Of a stretch of 64,000 nucleotides of DNA, positions 55,935 through 64,000 are shown piece after piece. The notes below the pieces were generated by a model. The model worked only from the letters and a program-made list of their open reading frames with translations. It searched no databases and was not told where the DNA came from. The translations under genes and the position numbers were made by a program. The stretch spans positions 124,001-188,000 of the forward strand of contig NZ_JAJQXW010000004.1 in the NCBI RefSeq assembly GCF_021246445.1. The letters are read 5' to 3'. Origin of the DNA: Rhabdothermincola salaria (GTDB taxonomy: Bacteria; Actinomycetota; Acidimicrobiia; Acidimicrobiales; Acidimicrobilacustridaceae). Position 1 is the stretch's first letter. The number at the start of each line of letters is the position of its first letter.

Positions 55935-56500
55935 GGAGCACCTCCGGGGTCTGGGCTCGCCGGTGAGGTCGGGCGGGCCACGAAGAGCAGGGCGATCATG
56001 ACGAGGGAGGCCGAAAGGGCCATGAAAGGCAACGAGACGAAGCCGAACTCCCACACGTAGCGGGCGGTGCAGGGGGCGTCGGCGGTGCAGAAGGCCGTGT
56101 CGGAGGCGGGCGGGTAGGCCTGGATCCAGGTGTGGTACGCCGAGATGACCGCTCCGATGACGAGCACCGGCACCGCGTAGACGCGGACGGCGGCGTCGCG
56201 GCGGACGGCGGCGATGGCCAGGATGACCGCGAAGGGGTAGATGGCGATGCGCTGGTACCAGCACAGCTCGCACGGCAGGTAGTTCTCGACCTTGGAGTAG
56301 TACAGCGACCCCAGGGTGGTGACGGTCGCCACGATCCAGGCCAACCACAGCGCGGCACGGCCGATCTCGTCGCGGATGCTCACCAGCCACGCGGGGCGAC
56401 GGGTCCGCCACACCAGCGCCCCCACGGCGATGGCGACGGCTCCCGCCATCGACAGCAGGGCCAGCAGGGCGAAGAAGGTCGAGAAGGTGTCGACGGTCAT
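55931..56500 (-). CDS. DsbB/BdbC-family disulfide bond formation protein
   Basis: GSLYYS, PCELCWYQR, second pair CTADAPC, FGFVSLPFMAL. Confidence 0.92.
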   Translation of the reverse strand: MTVDTFSTFFALLALLSMAGAVAIAVGALVWRTRRPAWLVSIRDEIGRAALWLAWIVATVTTLGSLYYSKVENYLPCELCWYQRIAIYPFAVILAIAAVRRDAAVRVYAVPVLVIGAVISAYHTWIQAYPPASDTAFCTADAPCTARYVWEFGFVSLPFMALSASLVMIALLFVARPTSPASPDPGGAP

Positions 56501-56558
56501 GTCCCGGCCATCCTCGCACGGCGCGCCGGCCGCCACCCAGCGCCGCGCAGCCGTCGAG

Positions 56559-56578
56559 GACGGGACCAAAGACCCCTC
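56559..56578. promoter_or_regulatory. DosR/DevR-type box between dsbB and the multicopper oxidase
   Basis: Core GGGACCAAAGACCC, 12/14 to GGGACTWWAGTCCC. Confidence 0.7.
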
Positions 56579-56685
56579 ACGACCCAGTCTCCGGGCCCTG
56601 CCTGGGGCCCGGTACCCCGACGACGATGCGCAACGACCGTGCCGGCCCTCGGCGGCACGGCGACCCCCTCAGCGCTAGGAGTCCC

Positions 56686-58131
56686 ATGGCCCCCAACGAA
56701 GACCGGAGCATGTTCACGGTGTTCGCGTCATTGACCGCCGTGATGGCGTTCCTGATCGCAGCAGTGGGCATCGTCGTCGTCGTCAACGACGACCCCAGCA
56801 CCAGCACGGTCGCCACCGCCGCCCCGGTGACGGTGACCCTCACCGAGTTCGCCGTCGCCCCCGCCATCATCACCGCCCCCGCCGGCGGGAGCCTCAACGT
56901 CGTCAACGGCGGCTCGATGGCCCACAACCTGGTCGTGGTCGACCAGGGCCTCGGCACGAGCGACCTGGTGGGCGGGCAGTCCGAGCTGCTCTCCCTGGGG
57001 AACCTGTCCCCGGGCGAGTACACGGTGATCTGCGACATCCCCGGCCACGAGGCCGCCGGCATGGTCGCCACCCTCGTGGTGACCGAGGCCGGCGCGGACG
57101 CCGGCGAGCTGGCGGTGGGAGCCGACGCCGGGGGCACGGCCGACGCCGCCCACGGAGGCAGCGCCGAGATCGACTTCGCGGCCATGGACAAGGCCATGAT
57201 CGACGGGGCCAACGAGTACCTCGACGCCTTCGCCGAGTTCGGCACCGGTGTGCCCACCGAGGGCCGCGGCAACGAGCTGCTGCGCCCCGAGGCCGGCCCC
57301 GACGGGGTCAAGGAGATCACCCTCGAAGCGTCGCTCATCGACTGGGAGGTCGAGCCCGGCAAGTGGGTCAAGGGCTGGGCCTACAACGGCATGATCCCCG
57401 GGCCGTCGATCCGCATCGAGCCCAACGACACCGTGCGGGTCACCCTCATCAACAACACGCCGCTCGGTCAGGACATCCACTGGCACGGCATCACCGCACC
57501 GTTCCCCATGGACGGCGTGGCTCCCATCACCCAGCCCATGGTCGAGCCCGGGGAGACCTTCACCTACGAGTTCACAACCCCCGACCACCACGAACTGGGC
57601 ATGTACCACCCCCACAACGGCGGCGCCCACACCATCGTCAACGGCATGTACGGCCAGTTCCAGATCGGCGACGTGCCCCTGCCGGCCGGGCGCACCATCT
57701 CGGGGCGCACCATCCCCGCCGACCTCCAGGTCGACCGCCACATCCCGATGGTCCTCAACGACGCCGGCACCATCGGCCTGAGCCTGAACGGCAAGAGCTT
57801 CCCGGCGACCGACCCGATCGCCATGGCGGCCGGCGAGACCCTCATGGTCACGTACCACAACGAGGGGCTGAGCTGTCACCCGATGCACCTGCACCGCGTG
57901 CCCCAACTGGTGATCGAGAAGGACAGCTGGCCGCTCGACCAGCCCTACTGGGCCGACACCGTCAACATCTGCCCGGGCGAGCGCTACACCGTGCTGATCA
58001 TGCCGGAGGCCGAGGACGCCGGCATCTGGGCGTACCACTGCCACATCCTCACCCACGCCGAGACCGAGGAAGGCCTCAAGTACATGGTCACGGTCCTGGT
58101 GGTCACCGACCCGAACGCCACCGAGGCCTGA
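56686..58131 (+). CDS. Membrane-anchored two-domain multicopper oxidase with extra N-terminal cupredoxin
   Basis: HNL...CDIPGHEAAGM (T1); HWH, YHPH, HPMHLH, YHCHILTH...M. Confidence 0.9.
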   Translation: MAPNEDRSMFTVFASLTAVMAFLIAAVGIVVVVNDDPSTSTVATAAPVTVTLTEFAVAPAIITAPAGGSLNVVNGGSMAHNLVVVDQGLGTSDLVGGQSELLSLGNLSPGEYTVICDIPGHEAAGMVATLVVTEAGADAGELAVGADAGGTADAAHGGSAEIDFAAMDKAMIDGANEYLDAFAEFGTGVPTEGRGNELLRPEAGPDGVKEITLEASLIDWEVEPGKWVKGWAYNGMIPGPSIRIEPNDTVRVTLINNTPLGQDIHWHGITAPFPMDGVAPITQPMVEPGETFTYEFTTPDHHELGMYHPHNGGAHTIVNGMYGQFQIGDVPLPAGRTISGRTIPADLQVDRHIPMVLNDAGTIGLSLNGKSFPATDPIAMAAGETLMVTYHNEGLSCHPMHLHRVPQLVIEKDSWPLDQPYWADTVNICPGERYTVLIMPEAEDAGIWAYHCHILTHAETEEGLKYMVTVLVVTDPNATEA

Positions 58132-58160
58132 CGCCCGGGGGCGGACTCCCCCGAAGACGA

Positions 58161-58191
58161 CGAGGCCCCCGGCTCCGAGCCGGGGGTCTCG
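58161..58191. terminator. GC-rich hairpin between convergent genes (probable terminator)
   Basis: CGAGGCCCCCGGCTC / GAGCCGGGGGTCTCG inverted repeat; no U-tract. Confidence 0.55.
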
Positions 58192-58271
58192 TCGCGTCCT
58201 CCCCTCGGGAGCCGACGGGAGCCCTGCCGAGGACGCGCCGGGACGTGCGGCCGCGAGACGGGCCGGGCGGG

Positions 58272-58703
58272 TCAGCCGGACGCGGCGTCGGCCGGCACGA
58301 TACGCCGACCGCTCACCCGCTCGGGGTGCACGGCCACGAAGTGGGGCTTGTCGTGCTCGGACCAGGGCTGCAGCTCGAGGGCTTCGGCCCGAGCCAGCTC
58401 CTCGGGCGTCTCCACCACCCGGGCCCACCCGGTGACCACCACGCTCCAGGCCGCACGGCTCCCGGGATCGGTCCAGTCGATCTCGAACGCGACCGGCGTC
58501 CCCCGCACCGTGGCGTCGAACTTCGTGCCCGGGGCGGTGCGGAACACGATGTGCTCGCCGTCCATGGCGTAGTTCACCGGGAAGATCACCGGGTGCCCGG
58601 CGTCGACCACCGCGATGCGCCCGATGTCGGTGGTGCCCAGCAACTCGAGGCACTCGGCACGGTCCATGACCTCGATCCCGGTGCGGGCATCGATGAGTCG
58701 CAT
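58272..58703 (-). CDS. Pyridoxamine 5'-phosphate oxidase-like protein (DosR-regulon type)
   Basis: ECLELL....GR, FPVNY, FRTAPGTK, AFEID, WSVVVTG, SGRR. Confidence 0.88.
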   Translation of the reverse strand: MRLIDARTGIEVMDRAECLELLGTTDIGRIAVVDAGHPVIFPVNYAMDGEHIVFRTAPGTKFDATVRGTPVAFEIDWTDPGSRAAWSVVVTGWARVVETPEELARAEALELQPWSEHDKPHFVAVHPERVSGRRIVPADAASG

Positions 58704-58778
58704 GGCTTCACCTCCGTCGGGGCGGGCCAGTCCCCGCCGTCTCGTGTGGCCATCGTGGCAGACCGATCCCGTCGGCCG

Positions 58779-58798
58779 ACAGGGACCAACGTCCAGAG
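58779..58798. promoter_or_regulatory. DosR/DevR-type box in the divergent PNPOx/USP promoter
   Basis: Core GGGACCAACGTCCA, 11/14 to consensus. Confidence 0.6.
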
Positions 58799-58837
58799 TC
58801 GGCCCGACGCTCGAACCCGGCCCCATAGGGTGGGGTC

Positions 58838-59305
58838 GTGGCCGACAACCCCAGTCCTGCCGTCGTCGTGGCCGTCGACTTCGCCGACCCCACCGACCGC
58901 CTGGTGCGCGAGGGCCTCACCATCGCGGCGGCGACCGGCGGCGATCTCGTGCTCGTGCACGCCGCGGCCGAAGAGCCGGCGTTCGTCGGCTACGACACCG
59001 AGGACTTCGAGCGCCACACCCGCGACGCTCGAGCCGACGAACTCACCGACGAGCACCGGGCTCTCCGCGAGCTGGCCGAGCGCACCGACGCCCTGGCCCC
59101 CACGATCTCGGTGCGCTCCCTCCTCGCCATGGGCCCCACGGCCGAGACGCTGCTCCGCGTCGCCGACGACGTGGGCGCCGGCCACCTGGTGATCGGCAGC
59201 CACGGTCGGGGGCGCCTGCACCACCTGCTGGTGGGTAGCGTGGCCGAGGAGCTGCTGCGCCGCACCACCGTCACGCTGGTCGTGGTGCCCGTCCGCTCGA
59301 CCTGA
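58838..59305 (+). CDS. Universal stress protein
   Basis: VVAVDF, LVLVHA, VIGSHGRG...LVGSVAEELLR. Confidence 0.92.
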   Translation: MADNPSPAVVVAVDFADPTDRLVREGLTIAAATGGDLVLVHAAAEEPAFVGYDTEDFERHTRDARADELTDEHRALRELAERTDALAPTISVRSLLAMGPTAETLLRVADDVGAGHLVIGSHGRGRLHHLLVGSVAEELLRRTTVTLVVVPVRST

Positions 59306-59308
59306 GCA

Positions 59309-59328
59309 GTCGGGACCTTCCGCCCTTC
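59309..59328. promoter_or_regulatory. Weaker DosR-type box upstream of the ribosome hibernation factor
   Basis: Core GGGACCTTCCGCCC, 10/14. Confidence 0.4.
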
Positions 59329-59430
59329 CCGCCGGTGCACGCGGTGACGCACGCTCGCAGCACAAGGGGAGGACGCCTTCCCCCTGTGATCCCGGGGCCG
59401 GACCCGCCGGCCCACCGAGGAAGGACCATC

Positions 59431-60210
59431 ATGGACGTTCGAGAGCTCGAGGTCAGCGTGGCCACCAGGGGTGAGATCCCCCAGGCGGCACGAGAGTACG
59501 CCGTGGAGAAGATCACCCAACTCGGGCGCTTCACCCGCAAGCCGATCCTCTTCGCCCAGCTGAAGCTCTCCCTCGAAGCCAACCCCGCCCAGGCCCGCCC
59601 GGCCGTCGCCGAGGCCACCCTCGACGTGAACGGGCAGCCGGTGCGGGCCCACGTGGCCGGCGCCGACCTCATGGAGGCCGCCGACCTGCTCGAGAACCGG
59701 CTCCGCCGCAACCTGGTGCGCCACACCGAACGCCAGGAGCCGGGCGCGGAGCGGCCGGTGTCCGCCGAAGGCGAGTGGCGCCACGGCAGCGAACCCACCC
59801 GCCGACCCGACTACTTCGACCGGCCGGTCGAGGACCGTGAGGTCGTCCGCCACAAGACCTTCGCGCTCGATCCCATGACGACCGACGAGGCCGGCCTCGA
59901 TCTCGAGCTGCTGGGCCACGACTTCTACCTGTTCACCGAAGTCCACACCGGCGCCGAGGCCGTCCTGCACGTCCTCGACGACGGTGGCCTCGAGCTGCAG
60001 CAGGTGGGCGGTCGCACCGATCGGCCCGCGGACTGCCACGAGTCGATCGCCATCGGCCCCCCGGCGCCGGAGCTCACCCTGCCCGAGGCCGAGGAACGCC
60101 TCGATGTGGGCCACGAGCGCATGGTGTTCTTCGTCGACGCTGAGACCGGTTCGGGCCAGGTGGTCTACCGCCGCTACGACGGTCACTACGGTCTGATCAC
60201 GCCGGCCTGA
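59431..60210 (+). CDS. HPF/RaiA ribosome hibernation factor with duplicated C-terminal domain (RafH/Rv0079-like)
   Basis: N-terminal S30AE fold (EYAVEKI, EAADLL); VVRHKTF..M..DEA...LLGHDFYLF; VVYRRYDGHYGLI. Confidence 0.88.
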   Translation: MDVRELEVSVATRGEIPQAAREYAVEKITQLGRFTRKPILFAQLKLSLEANPAQARPAVAEATLDVNGQPVRAHVAGADLMEAADLLENRLRRNLVRHTERQEPGAERPVSAEGEWRHGSEPTRRPDYFDRPVEDREVVRHKTFALDPMTTDEAGLDLELLGHDFYLFTEVHTGAEAVLHVLDDGGLELQQVGGRTDRPADCHESIAIGPPAPELTLPEAEERLDVGHERMVFFVDAETGSGQVVYRRYDGHYGLITPA

Positions 60211-60284
60211 CCGGTATCGACGACACGGAGTCGTCCCAGCGCCCGAACTCGGGCCTGGGACGACGAGCCGGGAGGAGCGCGACG

Positions 60285-60710
60285 ATGAGCAAGATCGTGG
60301 TCGGGGTGGACGCCTCGGAGGGGTCACGTGCCGCGTTGCGGTGGGCCCACCAGGAAGCCGGGTTGCGCCGTTGTCCCCTCGTGGTGGTGACCGTGTGGCA
60401 GTACCCGGTGCTCACCACCCTGCCGGCGTTCGGGGCCCTGCCCCCCATCGAGGACCTGAGCCAGGAGGCCGAGGCCGCCCTGCGCCAGGTGCTCGACGAG
60501 GAGGGCGTGGCCGCGACCGACGACGTCGAGATCGAGACCGTGGTCGCCGAAGGGGCGGCGGCCGCCGCGCTGCTCGAGGCGGCCGACGGTGCCGACCTGC
60601 TCGTCGTGGGCAGCCGGGGTCACGGCGGCTTCACCGGCATGCTCCTCGGCTCGGTCAGCCAGCACGTCGTGAGCCACGCGCCCTGCCCGGTCGTCGTCGT
60701 CCGCCACTGA
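60285..60710 (+). CDS. Universal stress protein
   Basis: IVVGVDASEGS, LLVVGSRGHGGF.GMLLGSVS, APCPVVVV. Confidence 0.95.
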   Translation: MSKIVVGVDASEGSRAALRWAHQEAGLRRCPLVVVTVWQYPVLTTLPAFGALPPIEDLSQEAEAALRQVLDEEGVAATDDVEIETVVAEGAAAAALLEAADGADLLVVGSRGHGGFTGMLLGSVSQHVVSHAPCPVVVVRH

Positions 60711-60781
60711 CCACCGACGGACGACCCGTCACCCTGGCCCGGGTCGGCCCGGGGTGGACCACCGTGCACTAGACACAAGGC

Positions 60782-63178
60782 ATGACTGCGGTGGCAGGGG
60801 ATCCGACGCGCCTGGAGGGACTCACCGCGGCGGAGGTGGCCGAGCGGCGGGCCGCCGGACTGACCAACGACGTCCCGGATCCGACCAGCCGGACAGTGGC
60901 CCAGATCGTCCGGGCCAACGTCTTCACCCCCTTCAACTTCCTGCTGGGCTCGCTCCTCGTCGTGATCCTGGCCGTCGGGCAGTTCCGTGACGGCCTGTTC
61001 GGCATCGTCCTGGTGCTCAACGCCCTCATCGGCATCGTGCAGGAAGTCAGGGCCAAGCGATCACTGGATCGGCTGGCCGTCCTCAACGCCCCCCGGTCCC
61101 GGGTGCGGCGCGACGGCGAGGTCATCGAGATCCCCTCCAAGGACCTGGTGGCCGACGACCTCATCGTGCTCCAGCTCGGTGACCAGATCGCCGTCGACGG
61201 GGAGGTGCTCCTCGAGACCGGCCTGGAGATCGACGAATCGCTGCTCACGGGAGAGGCCGACCCCGTCGACAAGGGGATCGGTGACGGTGTGATGTCGGGC
61301 AGCTTCGTCGTGGCCGGGAGTGGGAGCATCCGAGCGACGAACGTCGGCAGCGAGGCCTACGCGTTCAAGCTCTCCAGCGAGGCCCGTCGCTTCTCGCTGG
61401 TCAAGAGCGAGCTGCGATCCGGCATCGACCGGATCATCAAGATGCTCAGCTGGCTGATGGCACCGACGGCCGTGCTGCTGGTGACGGCCCAGATCGCCGC
61501 CGACGTCGGTGTCGTGGCCGCGGTGCAGGGGTCGGTCGCCGGTCTCGGCGCCATGGTCCCCGAGGGGCTGATCCTGCTCACCAGCATCGCCTTCGCCGTG
61601 GGTGCCACCCGGCTGGCCGGCAAGAAGGTGCTCACGCAGGAGCTGGCGGCCATCGAAGGGCTGGCCCGGGTCGACGTGATCTGCCTCGACAAGACCGGCA
61701 CCCTCACCGAGGGTGCCCTCACCCTCGCCACGGTCGAGCACCTGAGCGGCGACTCGGGTTCGACCCAGCCCGACACGGGCGCCGTGCTCGCGGCCATGGG
61801 CGCGGCCGACGACCATCCGAACCCCAGCCTGGCCGCCATCGTGGCGGCCTACGACCGGCCGCCCGGGTGGACCATCGACGATCTGGTGCCGTTCTCGTCG
61901 GCCCGCAAGTGGAGCGCGGCGGCCTTCACCGACCACGGCGCGTGGTTCCTCGGCGCTCCCGACATCCTCCTGACGCGGGCCCCCGACGGCCACGCCGCGA
62001 ACGAGGCGAGCGAGCGCCTCGAGCACTATGCGAGCCGTGGCCGACGGGTCCTCCTCCTCACCCAGGCACCGGGAGGGCTCACGGGGGAGCAGCTGCCGGC
62101 GGTGCTCGAACCCACCGCGCTCGTCGTCCTCGACGAGCAGCTCCGCGAGTCCGCTCCCGCCACCATCGCCTACTTCGGCGAGCAGGGCGTGGCCGTCAAG
62201 GTGATCTCCGGCGACAGCCCGATCACGGTGGGCGCAGTGGCCGAGCGGGTGGGCGTGCCCGGGGCCCACGAGCCCGTCGACGCCCGCGACCTACCCGACG
62301 ACGACCAGGAAGCGCTGGCCGAGATCCTCGAGTCCCACTCGGTGTTCGGGCGGGTCACCCCTCAGCAGAAGCGAGCGATGGTGCACGCCCTGCAGAGCAG
62401 GGGCCACACCGTGGCCATGACCGGCGACGGGGTGAACGACACCCTCGCCCTCAAGGACGCGGACATCGGCGTGGCCATGGGCTCGGGTTCCGCGGCCGCT
62501 CGGGCCGTGGCCCGCTTCGTCCTGTTGGCCAACGACTTCTCCGTCTTCCCGTCGGTCGTGGCCGAGGGTCGACGCGTCATCGCCAACGTCGAGCGGGTGG
62601 CCAACCTCTTCCTCACCAAGAGCTTCTACGCCATGAGCCTGGCTCTGGCCACCGGCGTGGGGCAGCTCCCCTTCCCGTTCCTCCCACGCCACTTCACCAT
62701 CATCTCGACGCTCACGATCGGGATCCCCGGCTTCTTCCTCGCGCTGGCGCCGAACAGCCGGCTGGCCCGACCGGGGTTCCTGGGCCGGGTGCTGCGCTTC
62801 GCCATCCCCGCCGGCGTGGTCGCCGCCATCGCCACCTTCGCCGCCTACCTCGTGGCGCGAGACGGCTCCGACGACGACCTGGCCGAGGCCCGCACGGTGG
62901 CCGTGATCGTGCTGTTCGTCGTCGCCCTCTGGGTGCTGGGGTTCCTCAGCCGCCCCCTCACCAGTTGGCGCGGAGGGCTGGTGGTCGCCATGGGGCTGCT
63001 CTTCGTCGTCGCGCTCGCGGTGCCGTTCTCGCAGGACTTCTTCGCCCTCGTCCTCCCGGATGCCATGACCATCGCCGCCGCGGTGGGGATCGGCGCCATC
63101 GCCGGGGGGCTCCTCCAAATCGGCTGGCACCTGAGCGGCTGGGCTCCGCCACCGGCCAACGCCCCCCACGACGTCTGA
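60782..63178 (+). CDS. P-type cation-transporting ATPase (CtpE-like)
   Basis: TGE, PEGL, DKTGT, FSSARKWS, ISGD, MTGDGVND. Confidence 0.92.
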   Translation: MTAVAGDPTRLEGLTAAEVAERRAAGLTNDVPDPTSRTVAQIVRANVFTPFNFLLGSLLVVILAVGQFRDGLFGIVLVLNALIGIVQEVRAKRSLDRLAVLNAPRSRVRRDGEVIEIPSKDLVADDLIVLQLGDQIAVDGEVLLETGLEIDESLLTGEADPVDKGIGDGVMSGSFVVAGSGSIRATNVGSEAYAFKLSSEARRFSLVKSELRSGIDRIIKMLSWLMAPTAVLLVTAQIAADVGVVAAVQGSVAGLGAMVPEGLILLTSIAFAVGATRLAGKKVLTQELAAIEGLARVDVICLDKTGTLTEGALTLATVEHLSGDSGSTQPDTGAVLAAMGAADDHPNPSLAAIVAAYDRPPGWTIDDLVPFSSARKWSAAAFTDHGAWFLGAPDILLTRAPDGHAANEASERLEHYASRGRRVLLLTQAPGGLTGEQLPAVLEPTALVVLDEQLRESAPATIAYFGEQGVAVKVISGDSPITVGAVAERVGVPGAHEPVDARDLPDDDQEALAEILESHSVFGRVTPQQKRAMVHALQSRGHTVAMTGDGVNDTLALKDADIGVAMGSGSAAARAVARFVLLANDFSVFPSVVAEGRRVIANVERVANLFLTKSFYAMSLALATGVGQLPFPFLPRHFTIISTLTIGIPGFFLALAPNSRLARPGFLGRVLRFAIPAGVVAAIATFAAYLVARDGSDDDLAEARTVAVIVLFVVALWVLGFLSRPLTSWRGGLVVAMGLLFVVALAVPFSQDFFALVLPDAMTIAAAVGIGAIAGGLLQIGWHLSGWAPPPANAPHDV

Positions 63179-63195
63179 CCCTGCACCGAGCGCGC

Positions 63196-63849
63196 CTACT
63201 CGACGCTGCGCCGATGCCGTTCGTTGAGCCGTGCCGCGTAGACGGCCGCCTCCGTGCGACGCTGCATGCCCATCTTGGCCAGGAGGTTCGACACGTAGTT
63301 CTTCACCGTCTTCTCGGCGAGGAACATGCGGTCGGCGATCTCGCGGTTGGTGAGGCCCTCGGCCAACAGATCCAGGATGCGTCGTTCCTGGTCGGTGAGG
63401 TGCTCGAGCTTCTCGTCCTCGCCGGACCCGGTGCGCAGGCGCTCGAGCACCTTGGCGGTGACCCCGGGGTCGAGCAACGACTGCCCTGCCGCCACCTTGC
63501 GGATGGCCTCCACCAGCTCCGTGCCCCGGATCTGCTTGAGGAGGTAGCCGGCGGCCCCGGCCATGATGGCGTCGAACAGGGCCTCGTCGTCGGCGTAGGA
63601 GGTCAGCATCAGGCACTGCACCTCCGGCATCTTGGAGCGGATGTCGCGGCAGACCTGCACACCGTCGCCGTCGGGGAGCCGCACGTCGAGCACGGCCACC
63701 TCGGGCGCCGCGGCCGGCACCCGGCGCAGCGCTTCCTCGGCCGTGCCGGCCTCGCCCACGACCTCGATGTCGCCCGCAGCTTCGAGCAGCTCGCGCAGCC
63801 CACGGCGGACGATCTCGTGGTCGTCGAGGAGGAACACCTTGATGGTCAC
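63196..63849 (-). CDS. NarL-family response regulator, DevR/DosR-like
   Basis: [54 protein letters not shown]. Confidence 0.92.
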   Translation of the reverse strand: MTIKVFLLDDHEIVRRGLRELLEAAGDIEVVGEAGTAEEALRRVPAAAPEVAVLDVRLPDGDGVQVCRDIRSKMPEVQCLMLTSYADDEALFDAIMAGAAGYLLKQIRGTELVEAIRKVAAGQSLLDPGVTAKVLERLRTGSGEDEKLEHLTDQERRILDLLAEGLTNREIADRMFLAEKTVKNYVSNLLAKMGMQRRTEAAVYAARLNERHRRSVE

Positions 63850-63945
63850 GAGGCCATTCTGCCTGCTGGCGGGCCGCCGACCGGCATGCGGTGCCGACCG
63901 GGAGCGGCCTGGGAGCGTCCGGTGACCCACCGGTAGCATCCCCGC

Positions 63946-64000
63946 ATGCCCACGCCGAGCGTCGACCACAAGGAGCTGCAGCACCTCCTCGACGCCATCA
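63946..64000 (+). CDS. Start of probable GAF sensor kinase (DevS/DosS-like), truncated by the window edge
   Basis: [18 protein letters not shown] resembles the L..LLDAV opening of DevS-type kinases; divergent from the devR-like gene; only 18 codons visible. Confidence 0.45.
   Translation, partial: MPTPSVDHKELQHLLDAI

Noticed and set aside
56686..58131. Copper nitrite reductase NirK
   Set aside because: Domain 1 lacks the T1 Cys and a full trinuclear His set is present, which fits a 2dMCO
54010..64000. Genomic island integrated at tRNA-Lys
   Set aside because: No integrase, no repeat of the tRNA 3' end seen in the window, no visible compositional shift

Overview
Very GC-rich actinobacterial chromosomal window. 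mshA, rex-hemA-hemC, an RsiG-like gene and a DosR-like locus suggest Actinomycetota, plausibly Acidimicrobiia (inference). No integrase, transposase, prophage or CRISPR array was seen. In order: TrkH/TrkA K+ uptake; a MalT-like AAA-LuxR regulator; a 2640-aa sortase-type (LPFTG) multidomain subtilase; a CorC/HlyC protein; a C40 carotenoid cluster (crtE-I-B, split crtYc/Yd, crtZ, glycosyl- and acyltransferases, idi-2); csoR/copZ; a candidate lipid-catabolic trio (AGMO-like hydroxylase, FGGY kinase, sphingosine-1-phosphate-lyase-like enzyme); a PAS-GGDEF cyclase; an FeS-BCP photolyase; a catalytically degenerate beta-lactamase-fold lipoprotein; rex-sirC-hemA-hemC with a Rex operator; CAP protein plus ABC exporter; a DUF62 variant plus a 29-aa membrane peptide; proC-ybjN-mshA; an RsiG-like c-di-GMP receptor; a ubiquitin-like MoaD with a masked GG coupled to a CdsA-like membrane protein; tRNA-Lys; queD; DsbB/TlpA; a cupredoxin-fused two-domain multicopper oxidase; and a DosR-type dormancy cluster with visible DosR boxes. 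The strongest novelty candidates are the AGMO-like/FGGY/S1P-lyase locus, a ~185-bp dispersed structured element present twice (both copies beside c-di-GMP genes), the giant surface subtilase and the MoaD-CdsA-like pair. All calls come from reading motifs by eye; no searches were run. Starts were refined by hand and some are uncertain.
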